A DNA stretch of 64,000 bases from Xylographa opegraphella (Eukaryota): assembly GCA_022813865.1 (NCBI GenBank), contig JALDZX010000011.1:434001-498000 (forward strand). Direction: 5' to 3'. Positions within the stretch are counted from its first letter, which is position 1; the number at the start of each line of letters is the position of its first letter. The notes under the pieces were generated by a model. The model worked only from the letters and a program-made list of their open reading frames with translations. It made no database searches and had not been told where the DNA came from. Shown in pieces: positions 22,313-34,536 of this stretch. The position numbers and the translations under genes are program-made.

Positions 22313-23932
22313 ATGTCTGAGAAGAAGCGCAAACGCGTCATAGAGGAGGGTGGAAACACCAGTAAGAAATTAGTATCTGGAGACCCAACTTTGGAGCAAA
22401 GTGTGAAATTTTCCGTCGTAAGCGGTAGTGGGGACTGGGCTCCCGCTATTGGCATGCTGCTTCAGTCTATATTGCCTGGAAATCCATGACTGACTTTATT
22501 CTAGCTGTAGCACCAGGCTTAGATTTACCTACAAATTTCCCACTTCAAGCCTACACGAAAACCCGAACCGATACAGTTTCTAGCTCAGCTTCTACGGGGA
22601 GATCCGCACTTTCAGAAAGTGAACTGCTGCTGCACTGCTACGCCCATCCAAAACTTGATTATACGGCCAGAGAGGAGTCATCTGGGGGAGCGGATGATCT
22701 GCTTAGACATTATGTCGGCGTCTATGATCCTGCTACAGGCGATATGCAAATAGTTCCGGTTAGGAAGGTGACTGTACGAGGGACGCTCCGCTCAACCATT
22801 GTACCTGAAATACATGACGATTCTTCGGATGAGGAAAAAACACCACCATCAGTACTGTTCCAACCCATCTGTCAGCGAGACATAGAAAAAACACTACTAA
22901 TCTATTTGTCAGAGATTTGCGGCGCGGACTCTTTTGGGAGAAGCCTTTGGCACGAAAAAATCTCAAAAGGCCATTCGTGCCCTTACGGAGAACGCGATAG
23001 CTCCCAAGAACTCCTCCCAGAATTCCTCTGGCAAATCTGTCCTTGATCCTCTTGCATCTGCAGTTATTGACTCCATGTCTTTGATTTCTGGGCCAGCTCC
23101 TACACGTGAAGAACTGCAAGCTGAGATAGACGAAGCTAAACCTCGACCTAAACCAAACATGGAAGCTCAAACACCAGCAGAAGTCTACAAGATTGAAGAT
23201 CTTGTCGGAGAAAGCGCTCTTCAAGCACTTAAGGTACGAGACTGGCAGAGTGCTGTCGAAGCAAATAAAGACGTCCAGACGAGCAGCAAGTACGTGTCGA
23301 GGCGATTGGTTAAAGTGGTTTCTTCAAAGAATATCATGAGACTAAAGGCGTTACGTTACCTATTACTTCTGCTCGATTGGTTCTCCTGCCTCAAGCCTGG
23401 CATGAAGGGCATGAAAAAGCTACCACAGCGGGAAGATATCATCAAAGCAGTCGGTGGAGAAATAAGTGGAAGCATGCTTGAAAGTCTCCGTAAAAAGTTC
23501 GCACCAGATGGGTACGTGTTCACCGTGTTACCGTGTCACGGCTCTAATTACTGATCACGTGAACCACAGGAATATGAATAAATGGACGATAGACAACTTC
23601 ATGACACATGTTTGCGCTTTGACACTTACCATTGATCTTTACGAAGTTGATATCTCAGACATAAGGGACGATTTGAGGCTAGAAACAAAGCAGTAATTTC
23701 CACCATGAGGTCATATCCCCAATTCGACTTCACATAGCTGATCAATATCACTTACAGAATCGTCCAATATTTTCAGGAAATAGGCTGCAGAGTAAATAAT
23801 CCAACTGAGACTGAGAGGAAAAAGATGAAAATTACTACAAAAGCTGAAAGCTCCACCCACAAGATCGCCAAACTCCGACTCCCATTGGAATTTCCAAAAA
23901 TGAGAACTATTGTACCGAAGAAGCGAAGGTAG
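22313..23932 (+). CDS. RPA49: RNA polymerase I subunit A49 (RPA49/PAF53 family); 5 exons
   Basis: HYVGVYDPATGDMQIVP, LGEAFGTKKSQKAIRALTENAI, PKPNMEAQTPAEVY, YFQEIGCRV and HKIAKLRLPLEFP. Intron 1 (22452-22504) needs a GC donor to keep frame. Confidence 0.92.
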
Positions 23933-23939
23933 GACAAGC

Positions 23940-24803
23940 TCAGCCTGGAGTTAGATCCATGACGTCCTTGTCGTTGATGTCGCTGTTGCTTATGTTGTCA
24001 TCACCGTCACCGTCATCCTCGTCGTCGCCGGAGTCCTCGTCGTCGCCGGAGTCCTCGTCGTCGCCGGAGTCCTCGTCGTCGCCGNNNNNNNNNNNNNNNN
24101 NNNNNNNNNNNNNNNNNNNNNNNNNNNNNNNNNNNNNGGAGTCCTCGTCGTCGCCGGAGTCCTCGTCGTCGCCGTCATTCTCCTCATCGGTGGAGTCCTC
24201 CTCGTCGATGGAGTCCTCGTCGGTGGAGTCGTCATTGTCGCTGAAATCGTCGCTAAAATCGTCGCCCTTGTCGGCGTGCATTGAGCTCAAGCATTGAGCT
24301 GCCACAAAGATCTCTGCGTCTGAAATAACGCGTTGAGTATGAGCAGCCCTTAACTTTTGGAGGTCAAGCAATGCTTCTTCGAAGGCCTTCCCGACATCGT
24401 CGTATAATTCGTTTATGTGTTCAATTAACTCGCTGGTCTCTGCATTTGAAGTAAGACGCCGAGGATGAGTAGCCCTCATCTTCTCATTGTGGATCAATGC
24501 TTCTTTGAAAGCCCTTCCGTGGTTATTGATGGATCGTACCGCTTCGAGCATACCTTCAGTGTCTTCGACTGCGCTGAGATCCATGACGAGTCTCGCGGCT
24601 AGATCTACGATGCGCTTCGATTCCAAGCGCGTGAGCGCTTCTACCCCATGCTCATTAGCCGTGCTTTGATATACAGGGCAGACGGACCTGACTCGGCGTG
24701 GATCTGGCCGATGGTCTTGGTCGTATCCATCGATACTCCTGTCAGGGGTTGGGTATGAGCTGGAGCTGCGCTTCCGTTTATGCATGGTCGGTCCAAGTGA
24801 CAT
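23940..24803 (-). CDS. Hypothetical protein with an NLS-like N-terminus, an internal helical duplication and an acidic GDDEDS-repeat tail
   Basis: 287-codon ORF with HKRKR; GRAFKEAL... and GKAFEEAL... repeat units; frame is preserved across the N gap. Confidence 0.6.
   Translation of the reverse strand: MSLGPTMHKRKRSSSSYPTPDRSIDGYDQDHRPDPRRVRSVCPVYQSTANEHGVEALTRLESKRIVDLAARLVMDLSAVEDTEGMLEAVRSINNHGRAFKEALIHNEKMRATHPRRLTSNAETSELIEHINELYDDVGKAFEEALLDLQKLRAAHTQRVISDAEIFVAAQCLSSMHADKGDDFSDDFSDNDDSTDEDSIDEEDSTDEENDGDDEDSGDDEDSXXXXXXXXXXXXXXXXXXGDDEDSGDDEDSGDDEDSGDDEDDGDGDDNISNSDINDKDVMDLTPG
24014..24174. repeat. 18-bp coding tandem repeat (GGAGTCCTCGTCGTCGCC)n interrupted by a 53-N assembly gap (24085-24137)
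   Basis: Identical units on both sides of the gap; true copy number unknown. Confidence 0.9.
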
Positions 24804-26038
24804 GGTATGTCCAAGTGATTGGTTTATGGTGCGGTTGCTGCAGAAAGTTGGAGTCTTGAGTCTTCGGTGGTGTCTTTAGAAATCGCTGACTTGTCTGCGT
24901 TCTCTGGAGTCCTGTGAGTGTTAGGAGCGATGGCAAGGAGGGAGGAAGAATTGACGGGAGAGACTCTTATACTCGACGATGAAGACGACAACGACGAGGA
25001 CGACTCGCGGACAAAGGCATTAGCAGTTACTTGGCTCTGGAACAATAGTATCGTTTGTGGACAATGAAGAACATCGGCTCTGTACAGACGAAGACAATCG
25101 CTATGTTTGTTCATGTATGCTATTGTCCTGGAGGAACACATCCGATCGCAACGCCATCTTCCACTCCGGCACTGTGTCCAACAACAGCCCTCTGTCTCCA
25201 CTTTCAGTGCTCTGTTTTCCATCCCAGTCACCCTTCCCAAGCCCCTCTTGCTCTCCCCGCCTCACTGTCCTCGAGCGCCAAGCATAGTAATAGAGGCACA
25301 ATTCCGTCCTCAACGGCTCTACTCGTATCTTTGTCATTGTTCCTGCATTCAAACCCAACGTTCATTGCGTCGACGCCGACAGGACAATCGAGGAGGCGAC
25401 ACACGACTACCGGCCTCTGGACAACCGGCGAAAGCCCCCACCGCCAATGCTATCCGAGATTGATTGCCGATTTTGATAAGCGGAGGGAACTATAGCGGTG
25501 ATGACTGCTATATTCGTCTCGGCTGCGAAATCGGGTGATAATCCTCCCCTTCCCGAAGCCACGCTGCACGCACAATGATTGCCGTTCCTCCTTCCGGCAG
25601 AACTCGGCCTGTGACAATTGGTGATAATGCTCTTTGTGCGCTTTGACGAAAGACGACTTCTTTGTGTGGTATAGTCGAGCATGAACAGGTCCCGATGCCG
25701 CTATAGCTTTTTCTTTTTCTTTGTACGGCTTATCTGTCTACCCCTATCCGTGTCGACTCTGAGAGTGTGCCTCTGGGGTCGTCTCCTTCAACCCAGAGCG
25801 CATTCGCTTGTGGCTAGGAGAGTTTGAGAGGGTAGCTCATTCATCAAGTGCGGTCGCCGTAGAACCCGTCGAGCTTGCCTCGGACCAGGTCCTGGTTATC
25901 GCGAGGTACCGTTACCAACTGCCCCTCCGTGGACCTAAGTCTCAGATGGCAAGGTACTGTTATACCCAGATATCGCAGCAATGGGGAGCAACCCAGCCAG
26001 ACCTGCCACCTCCCCTGAATCTACCATTCCTAGGCACA

Positions 26039-27457
26039 TCAGCAGCAAAGCACCACCCCTGCTACGAGGCCTAAAGCCCAGCGCCGCCACCCCGTTGTAC
26101 AAACTATCTTTTGCGCTCCGCCCGCAAACGGAGTATAGCTAGGTTCACGTATCCCACTTGTCATCGTTGGCGGGCTGCTGCTGGTCCCTTTTTGCCCGAG
26201 TCCAGATAGGATGAGCGGCGCGAGGCCAGCGCTCTCAGTCTGCGTGGGGGAGAGGAATACTTCGGTCTCGGTCCCGACCACTAGGGCTGTGGAGTCGAGG
26301 GATATGGGTATGCCGTCTATGGTGATCCCGGTCGCGCCGGGGCGCAGTGTCGTGCCGGCGATGGCGATGGCCGAGGGCAGGAGTGTAATGGGTTCTGTGC
26401 CGATGGTGATGACGGGAGGGGTCGATAACGTGAGTGCGGGCGGAGGGAAAGGGATCGTGGAGCTCCCGGCTATGATGACTGCGGAGTTGAGGGAGATGGG
26501 GATCGAATCGATGGTTATAACCGGGCTGTCTGGGGTGAGTGTCTGGGAGCCGATGATGAGTGCGGAGGGGTTGAGGGCGGAGGCGGGAAGGCCTGCTATG
26601 GTTAGCGGTGCTGGGGGGAGGAGTGTGTTTGGGCTGTCGAGAGGCGACGAGCTCGAGTGCACTGTCCAGGGGGAAGACGTCGGTGTGGTCAATGCTGCGC
26701 TTCCACTGGCAGAAGGGGTGTCTGTTGCGCCTTGAGGAATCGGGAAGGATGATGACTCTTGCTCTTGGCTTATCAAACTGGAAGCTGGATTCGAGTGTAA
26801 TGTTGCGATTGGTGTCTCACTGGCCGTTGAGCTAGAGGCGGGCCGCGGGTTGAAAACAGTCGCGGTATAGGTCGTGCTGGGCACTGCTGTGGGAGATGCG
26901 GTTGATGCTGCAGTCGTTGTGACGTCGAGATTAGACGCTGGTGCTGACTGAAGAACATATGGCGGACTGGCCTCCTCGATCGAGCCAATTGTCACACCTT
27001 GGGTTACATACACTGTCGGTCCGGCAAGAACAAAGGTCGTCTCAACTTCCCACGGATAATTGCTGTTGGTGTAATCACCGGTCAAGTGGCTAGTGTCGAT
27101 GCTAGCGAGCAAGGTCTCTGTTTTGGTGGTGGCAGATGCTACGGTAAATGTGGACAAGGTAGTCGAGTAAGTATAGTGGACGTCGATGCCATCAATATAC
27201 GAAGTGATAAATGTTGTAGGGCCCGTGAGAGTGAAGGTGGTATAATCCGGAGCGCCTCCTCCCGGATAAAACGTCTCGACTTCTGTCACGTTTGCTGCAA
27301 TCGTGATGGTTACCGGTTGAGTCATCCAAACCACTCCCTGTATTGCGGTGGACGAGCCGGAAGCCATAGTGGTGTTTGTAAAGGCTAAATGCGACGAGGA
27401 CGCATTGCACAGAGTGACAGACGCGAAGACGACGAGAAGAGATATCAGAAGATACAT
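26039..27457 (-). CDS. Ser/Thr/Pro-rich secreted cell-wall protein, probably GPI-anchored
   Basis: Signal peptide MYLLISLLVVFASVTLCNA (ATG 27457); beta-rich repeats ITIDSIPISLNS / ITIGTEPIT / ITIDGIPISLDS; C-terminal FAGGA plus a hydrophobic tail. Confidence 0.8.
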   Translation of the reverse strand: MYLLISLLVVFASVTLCNASSSHLAFTNTTMASGSSTAIQGVVWMTQPVTITIAANVTEVETFYPGGGAPDYTTFTLTGPTTFITSYIDGIDVHYTYSTTLSTFTVASATTKTETLLASIDTSHLTGDYTNSNYPWEVETTFVLAGPTVYVTQGVTIGSIEEASPPYVLQSAPASNLDVTTTAASTASPTAVPSTTYTATVFNPRPASSSTASETPIATLHSNPASSLISQEQESSSFPIPQGATDTPSASGSAALTTPTSSPWTVHSSSSPLDSPNTLLPPAPLTIAGLPASALNPSALIIGSQTLTPDSPVITIDSIPISLNSAVIIAGSSTIPFPPPALTLSTPPVITIGTEPITLLPSAIAIAGTTLRPGATGITIDGIPISLDSTALVVGTETEVFLSPTQTESAGLAPLILSGLGQKGTSSSPPTMTSGIREPSYTPFAGGAQKIVCTTGWRRWALGLVAGVVLCC

Positions 27458-28066
27458 TGAAATGGTGAGGAAAGATTGAGCGGAGGCTCGTAGTTTGAAA
27501 AGTAGAATGAATGTTTCAACAATTAAGAAAATGCAACAGAGCAAGACCCAACGTGCTGAAATATTGGACCATAGCAGAGAAAATCCAGACAGACTGTCTA
27601 GTGCAACGATACTTATAAAGGGTACGTGCAGGAAACATCCATGCTGTGATCATAAGCATTGCGAGCCAATGAAATTGATCAGGAACAAGGCACGGACGAC
27701 GGGATCAGAAAACTAAAAATACTCAGCCCGTTCATCGGCGCGCCTATCGGTGACCTTAATTCCAGGCATCATCCAGGTTGCTGAAGAATCCTTCCATTCA
27801 TCAAGTTTATCCCATATCACGATCTGCCTTTCCATAGTCATACCAGTTAAATCTGTAAGAAGTAGAAGATTGGGTCGTCGGCGTTTCAGGGCCGTCGGCA
27901 TTTGAAGGCTAAGCCAGATGAGGAATGGTCGAGCATAAATAGGTACTTCTTCAGGTGGTCACATACCAGGTGCGTGTGTCTCAGCGTTTATACAAAGCCA
28001 TATTGTGTTTTACCCATGTAACCAGTTTCGAGGAGTCGACCATAGTCGGCTTCTACAACCGTAACT

Positions 28067-29977
28067 CTAGCCAATTACCACATCCCTCGCCCTTCGCCAC
28101 AACCTGCCGCTCTTTTCGAGCTCACCTCCCTCTAGTTCCGCCCGCCTGCCACTCCAGATATCCATATCCTCCAACCGCACCCACTTTGTTCTCTTCCAGT
28201 ACTTGTATCCCAGCACCAGGAGCACAAAGACCGGCAACAAGATGTAGTTTGTCACGAAATCCGTCGCGCTGAACGGTGTGAGAAATGCGGTGTATCCCTG
28301 GAAGAAGATCAGGAAGATATTGGCCGCCAACGCGGCGTAAGTACCGTATGGGTACCACATCGCTTTGAACGGGAGGGTGTCGAGAGACTGGCACTGAGCG
28401 CGCATACCGTTGCGGAAGCGGACTGGCAATTGTTAGAGCGGATCGTACGGAAATGGGAGATGGGAGCTTTACTGTGCACAACGCCTATCGCGCCCCAAAC
28501 GATGAAGGTCGCAACTAGGGTATAGTGAGCATTTCGTTTACGAGGTTGAGGCAGAAGGTAACGTGCCTCCCGAAAGAGTGATAAGAGCATCGTAAACAGT
28601 ACCCGCACTGGAAGACACGGAAAGAAATGCGATACAAGCAATCAGGTTGGAGAATAGCAGCGCCACCCACGGTACGCCTGCCTTATTGGTGCGGCCCAAA
28701 ATTTTGGGTGCTTTTCCATTCCTGGCCATGAACAGCATCGTCCTGGACGAGACGTATAGTGATGAGTTCCCAGCACTTATCACAGCGATGACGATCAGAG
28801 CGTTGATGAGAGAAGCCGCGGGTGCAATCCCGGCTTCGTCGAGGGTGATGGTCAGGGGTGAGGCTGCGGTCTTTGACCCCGGCGCCAGAAGACGCGGGCT
28901 ATTGTACGGGAGCAAGATCCCAATAAAGAACATCATACCGACGTAGAATATCAAGATTCGCCAGAAAACCTGGCGGATGGCCCGCGGAACAGCACGGCGT
29001 GGATTATCAGCTTCTCCCGACGTGATACCTACCATTTCGGTTCCAGCATAGAGGGTTCCGGCTATAACAAATGTTTTTGCAACTCCATTGATGGAGTCCG
29101 CAAAAGCCCCGGGATCGTGCCAGTACTTGAAGCCGATCTTCTGCGGCCCAATGCATCCTGCGCTAATGAATATGGCCACAATAAAGAAGACCGATATACT
29201 GATAATCTTGACACTACAAGGAAATGGTTGTCAGTGATGTATACCTTGTCCAGACATACTCGGGTACAATTATGCAATGCTGATGATGAGTTATCGGTTA
29301 TAGTGCCTTCCCTCCAGTACACTAGCCTCAAGTGGAGACAATGGTTGGGAGGTCACGAAAGGCTCGAATCTTGTGACACAAAGCTATGGCAATTTCCGAA
29401 AATCATTCGACAGAAACACTCACAATGAAAGCCAAAACTCTACCTCTCCGTATGCCAATACCCCGAGCATACTAAACGACAGAAAGATAAACCAGAAGAT
29501 CAAAATCCATGCCCATTGCGGGACCACGTCTGTCCAGTACAGAATCACAAGCGAGACCGCGTTGTATTCGTTCGCTAGCACCGTCACCCATAGATACCAA
29601 TATGCCCATCCTAATGCAAAGGACAACGAGTCGTCCACAAATCTCTGCGCATATTCCGTGAACGATCCAGTGACCGGTATCAGGGTAGCAAGTTCCCCTA
29701 GAGACTGCATGACGAAGAACACGATAATGCCCACCAACGAAAAGCTGATGAGAATGCCACCAGGACCAGCAAGATGGAGAGCATTGCCCGAGCCGACGAG
29801 GAGTCCAGGGCCGATAATGCCACCGATAGCTATCATTTGTAAGTGGCGCGATTTGAGGCGGCGATGGAGAGGAGCGGAATAGGCTGTGAAAGGCTCCGTA
29901 GGAGAGGCGACATCGTCTAGAAATCTCGATTCATAATTGGTCTCATTTTTGAGATCAAGTGGTATTTTTGATGCCAT
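28067..29977 (-). CDS. Amino-acid permease (APC superfamily, yeast amino-acid transporter family); 4 exons
   Basis: LHRRLKSRHLQMIAIGGIIGPGLLVGSG, YGEVEFWLS, IGFKYWHDPGAF, YAGTEMVGITSGEADNPRRAVPRAIRQVFWRI and SAGNSSLYVSSR. GC-AG intron at 28515-28566. Confidence 0.95.
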
Positions 29978-30813
29978 CGCTGGCTAAAGGCAGATACCTA
30001 GATTTAACAGAACCTTGTATGGCCACTTTGCGTGATAAGCATTAAGGTAAATACTGTGAAATGGCACACGTAGCACATAGAATCGAGTGGGAATGAGCTG
30101 CACCACATTTGAAGAACAGCACAGTTTGAAACAGAAAACGAATCTCATGTACATCAGAGGTCGCAGAATAGATACAACAGGCATGCAGCAGAAGTTGCAG
30201 TAAACTAGTAGCTGGTCTACGGAGTGGCATGCGGCCCTCTCCGCCTGCATGGCCTTGATGTGATCGGCACCCCAAGCACGCCTTCGGCGTGATCTCGCCC
30301 GATAAGGGCATGGCATGGTAATCGAGGCTTATTGGAACGCCTATACTGTGCATTTGAAGATCGAATCAGTTTATGATACGCAATCGCTGCATGTCGAATT
30401 CCCCCGAGACGGCTCGGAAATCTAGATACCTGGAATCACGAGTATGCAGTGTTGATTGAACTGGAACCAATTGTCAGCGAGACATGCAGCGAGACACAGG
30501 ACTCCAGCCGCGGTGTCCGAGGAGGCGTACAGAACGTGATAAGTAGTTTATCGTTCCAAAAAGAAACTTGATAGTGGTTTCGGAGTAGGGTCCAGTAATA
30601 TCGTACCACTCTTCAGTGACGGGCCGCTGTCGAGAGCGCTACTAGTTACTTTCGAAGGGCTGCAAATGGTCAATATGTGACCAGCACTTCCTAGCTTCCC
30701 GGAGATATCAGACATGGACAAATCCTACCGGACCCCTACACTTTTACAATTCGATATATACGTGTGTCATTCCTGTCATAAACCCTACATACATTCCAAG
30801 CCTGGCGCGACCC

Positions 30814-33579
30814 CTAATTCGACCTATAGACATTTAATCGGTTCGGGCCCCCACACCACTCGTACTGATTTCCAGCACACGCCATGTTGCAACCCGTATT
30901 CCCGTTACTCGCTGGCCCGCCCCCATTGGAGACTCCGCTTCCACAGTAACATTCCTGCCCGTACTCGACACCTGCCCATTTCCCCAATGCGCCTTGTCCC
31001 TTACAATAATTGACACAGTTCTCGATCGTCATACTGCTGGAGCTCCAACTCGCGTTCGCTAGAGCTCGTCCGCTGCTGCCTTCTGCGTAGCAGCCTTGGT
31101 TCAAGTAGGTGCCAACCACGGCAGGGGTCTGGACCGATTTGTACAGCGTATTGTTCCAGAGACTGATCCGGCTAGGCCCTCCGCAGGTATTTGCGTAGCT
31201 GGCGAAAGGCGAACCGGGAGGGAGAGTACCTGAGCAGGCCATGGAGCAGCCACTCTGCTGCATTGTTGACCCGGGCGCGAGAGCGTTGGAGCAGTAGCAC
31301 TCGGACGAGTATTCAGTACCGAAAAGAGCATAGTTCTTGGAAGCGCAAAATGCAGCGCACTGCGCATTTGTCACAGTGGAATTAGAATAGCTGGTAGCAT
31401 TCAGGGCGCGACCCGAGGTAGCTTCACTGACACAGCCAAGGTAGATAGAGGTCCCAACCACGGTGCCAGCTGTTATAGCGGGTGGAGGAGGAATGATGGC
31501 CGTATTGTTAAAAAAGGTAAGGGCGGATGCACCGCCGCAAAGCTGAGTAGCATTACCCGAACATGGTTGATTACAGGCAGAGGAAGCAGAGAAGCTAGAG
31601 GAGCTAGGAAGGGAACTGCCACAGTAACATCTGAAGAGGTCTTAGTGACGTTACAAAAGAGCCGAATAAAGGAGACTTACTCGGAAGAATACTCAGTTCC
31701 CCATAGGGCGTAATTTCGCGATGCGCAGAAGCTCATGCAAGAATTTAGGGTCATCCCAGTACTGCTGGTAAAACTTGCTAGGGGAAGTATACGAGATGGG
31801 CCGTTGTCCAAGAGACAGCCCATGTACTTCGAGGAGCTAAGAGAAACTCCGACAGCAGTGGGGAAAGCGACGTACGGTCCAGAGTATGTAGTAGAGTTCC
31901 AGAGGCTCAAAGTATTAGGACCACCACAGAACTCACTCGAGTTCCCTGAACAGATCATGGGACTGCATGACTGCCCAAGTGACGTCGTTGGGTCAAGCGT
32001 TAGACCACAATAGCACTCCGAACCATACTCGGTAGCCGCCAGAGGAAAGCCTTTGGAAGCGCAGTAGGCTTGACATATCTCGTTCGTCATATTGGTGATG
32101 TTCGCATAGCTCGCACCTGTCAGAGATCGCCCAGTCGCTGTTTCGTTTGCACAACCCATATATTTCCATTTGTTATACACATTTCCGACCGCAGGAAGGA
32201 AGGTCGTGTAAGGACCCGAATGTGTGGGGGTAGTATTAATTGTGGGCATTGTAACGTTCGTAGGGCATATCATATCAGCAGAGGTGGCTTCTTGAGGCCC
32301 AGTCGTAATAGTAATACATCCTGGCAATTTCGAAATCATGCCGTGGACAGGCTCATTGATGAGTGGAGCTTGCTGAGGGCAATTCCATGAGTACTCTGAA
32401 TTATCATAGGGTGAGAGTTGCGAACAGGCGCTAATCTGGCCGCCATTGTCTGTATTGGCACAGTTTGAAAGGGCACTTGTAAGGACCGTCTCGTCCCAAC
32501 CATTCAAGAAATCACCATGAAAGCCGTACCCTACTGGAATTTAGCCTTCAATCTTTAACAGAGAGAAGTATACACATACCTGTTGTATCACCCTGAGCAA
32601 AGACAAAGCGGCCGCCGTCGAGGTGAATATTGTTTGTTCCATAGAGAACTTCATAAAACAGATGTACAAGCTGTACTGGATAGCCTGGAGGGCAGACACC
32701 GTTGTCAATCTGGCTCATATATGCCACATGACTATTGTCTGATTTATACAGATTAATACCATCCCAACATGACTGGAATTGAATTTGTGCTCGAAGGCCA
32801 TTAGAACAGTTTGTGTTCATCATGTTCGGTGTCTCTGGTTCGGCAGAGTCGGCTAAACAGTTGAAGGAGACTCGATCCGAGACAGGTCTGCCAAAATACT
32901 GGGGTCCAGTCGCCTTGGTACCGTTGATCCAGGTTCCTTTGGTAAGAGTTGCGTTACCGATGGTTCCATTGACATACGTAACGCCCTGAGTACCGCCGAA
33001 TGTCATTGTCGTATTGTCGTAGGTACGTGCTCCAGCATCGCCCGAAACCATTCGGAACCCAGGTGGGAAAGGCTGAATATTGGTACGATTGTCACCTCGG
33101 CCCAAATAATATACCACCATCCCATCGTTAGGGACCTCTTCGAATGAGCCATTCAAGTGCTCATAGTAAAGCTGAGGGGTCCAGTAGTTGCTCTTGTCGA
33201 CCGATATCTCGCAGGACGTGCAACTTGAATTCCTAATGGAGGCATACGTAGAACTAAGACCAATATCTGTAAATATTAGTGTCAAGCCTCAATTTTCTTG
33301 GCGAATAGTTCCAAAACTAATCATTGAGTAGCTACAAAAAAGGGTTCATAAGAAGATGGAATTTAGTTCAAATCAAGGCAAAACGGAGATTGTAGATCTG
33401 GAACACCTACTGCTTGAACCCGCGATCTTATGAACATGGCCTGATATCTTGCCAGGGCTGATAATGGGATCAATCCGACCAGTCTGTACGGTGCCACATT
33501 GCATGCGCCAGTAACCTTGACATACTTCTGCGAGCACAGCAAGGATAAATAATAGGAGTGGCGGAGTATTGGAAAACAT
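30814..33579 (-). CDS. Secreted DUF1996 protein with four WSC domains; multi-exon
   Basis: Signal peptide, GRIDPIISPGKISGHVHKIAG, CTSCEISVDKSNYWTPQLY and QFQSCWDG (DUF1996). Four YxGC...C...EY..ECYC...CGG WSC modules follow. Confidence 0.92.
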
Positions 33580-34536
33580 GTCGGTGATAATAATCTACGG
33601 ACACATTGAGTTCCTGAAACTTGTAGGGCATCTTGACATTTATCTAGTAGACAGTATATTGATCTATCAATCAGACAAGATCTATACAAGCAATCCACAC
33701 TCTCTAGGAACAGAAGCATGCTTGTTCTGGCGCTAACGCCCGAAATATAGCTCCATCCCGGAGAGACGCAAGCGGTGAGTATATTGCAAATGATTGAAAG
33801 AATAGGCTCCACAAATTAGGATATTTATCTGAATCTTGACGATGTTCAGAAGTATAACAAGTACCGCATAAAGGAAGCATACAAAGCGCTTCAGTTTATG
33901 CAGAGAGCGCATACTTCTGGGTCTTGTTAAACTCACCCACGTGCGAATGCCACGTGTAGAACCTTCTAGAAAGAATGAACATCAGTAGCAGACCCTTACT
34001 CAAAGATGTGTCGGTGCTATATTGATGCAGGAAGCGTGTGTTGCCGGCCTGCATTGCCTGCCTTTGTCCGTTTGCAGCTCCCTATTCTACGACACTACGA
34101 GTCTAGACTCGAGGCCTCCGAGCAGCCTCATCCTTTGTTTATGATTCAGCTCTATCACATCGAATGTTGGAGTGAAATGACAGATCTATCACAATTGTCC
34201 AACATAGAAGTTAAACGAGTAATACAAGCAATGAACTTGGTATTCAGGTTGAAATTTCCAATTACCACGTGATCGATCTCCAAGAGTCGAAGATATTGAT
34301 GACTGTGAAGTGCAGTGATCGAGAAGTTACAATGAGCGTCATAAATATGCATGAGAAGGAGAAAAAAGATGAAGAAAATGAAACACTGGTGCCAATTAAC
34401 CTTGCTAGTCTAGACCCATAGCCAGCTAGGCTAGGTAGATATGGCTCATAAGATTATCCTTAGGGACACGCAACGATGAACTATTGTCAACAAGATAGCT
34501 ACCGAATGAAAGACCGCCCGCTGACCTGACATTGTC

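Noticed and set aside
24014..24174. CRISPR-like repeat array
   Set aside because: The repeats are directly tandem with no unique spacers, encode GDDEDS, and lie in a eukaryotic genome.
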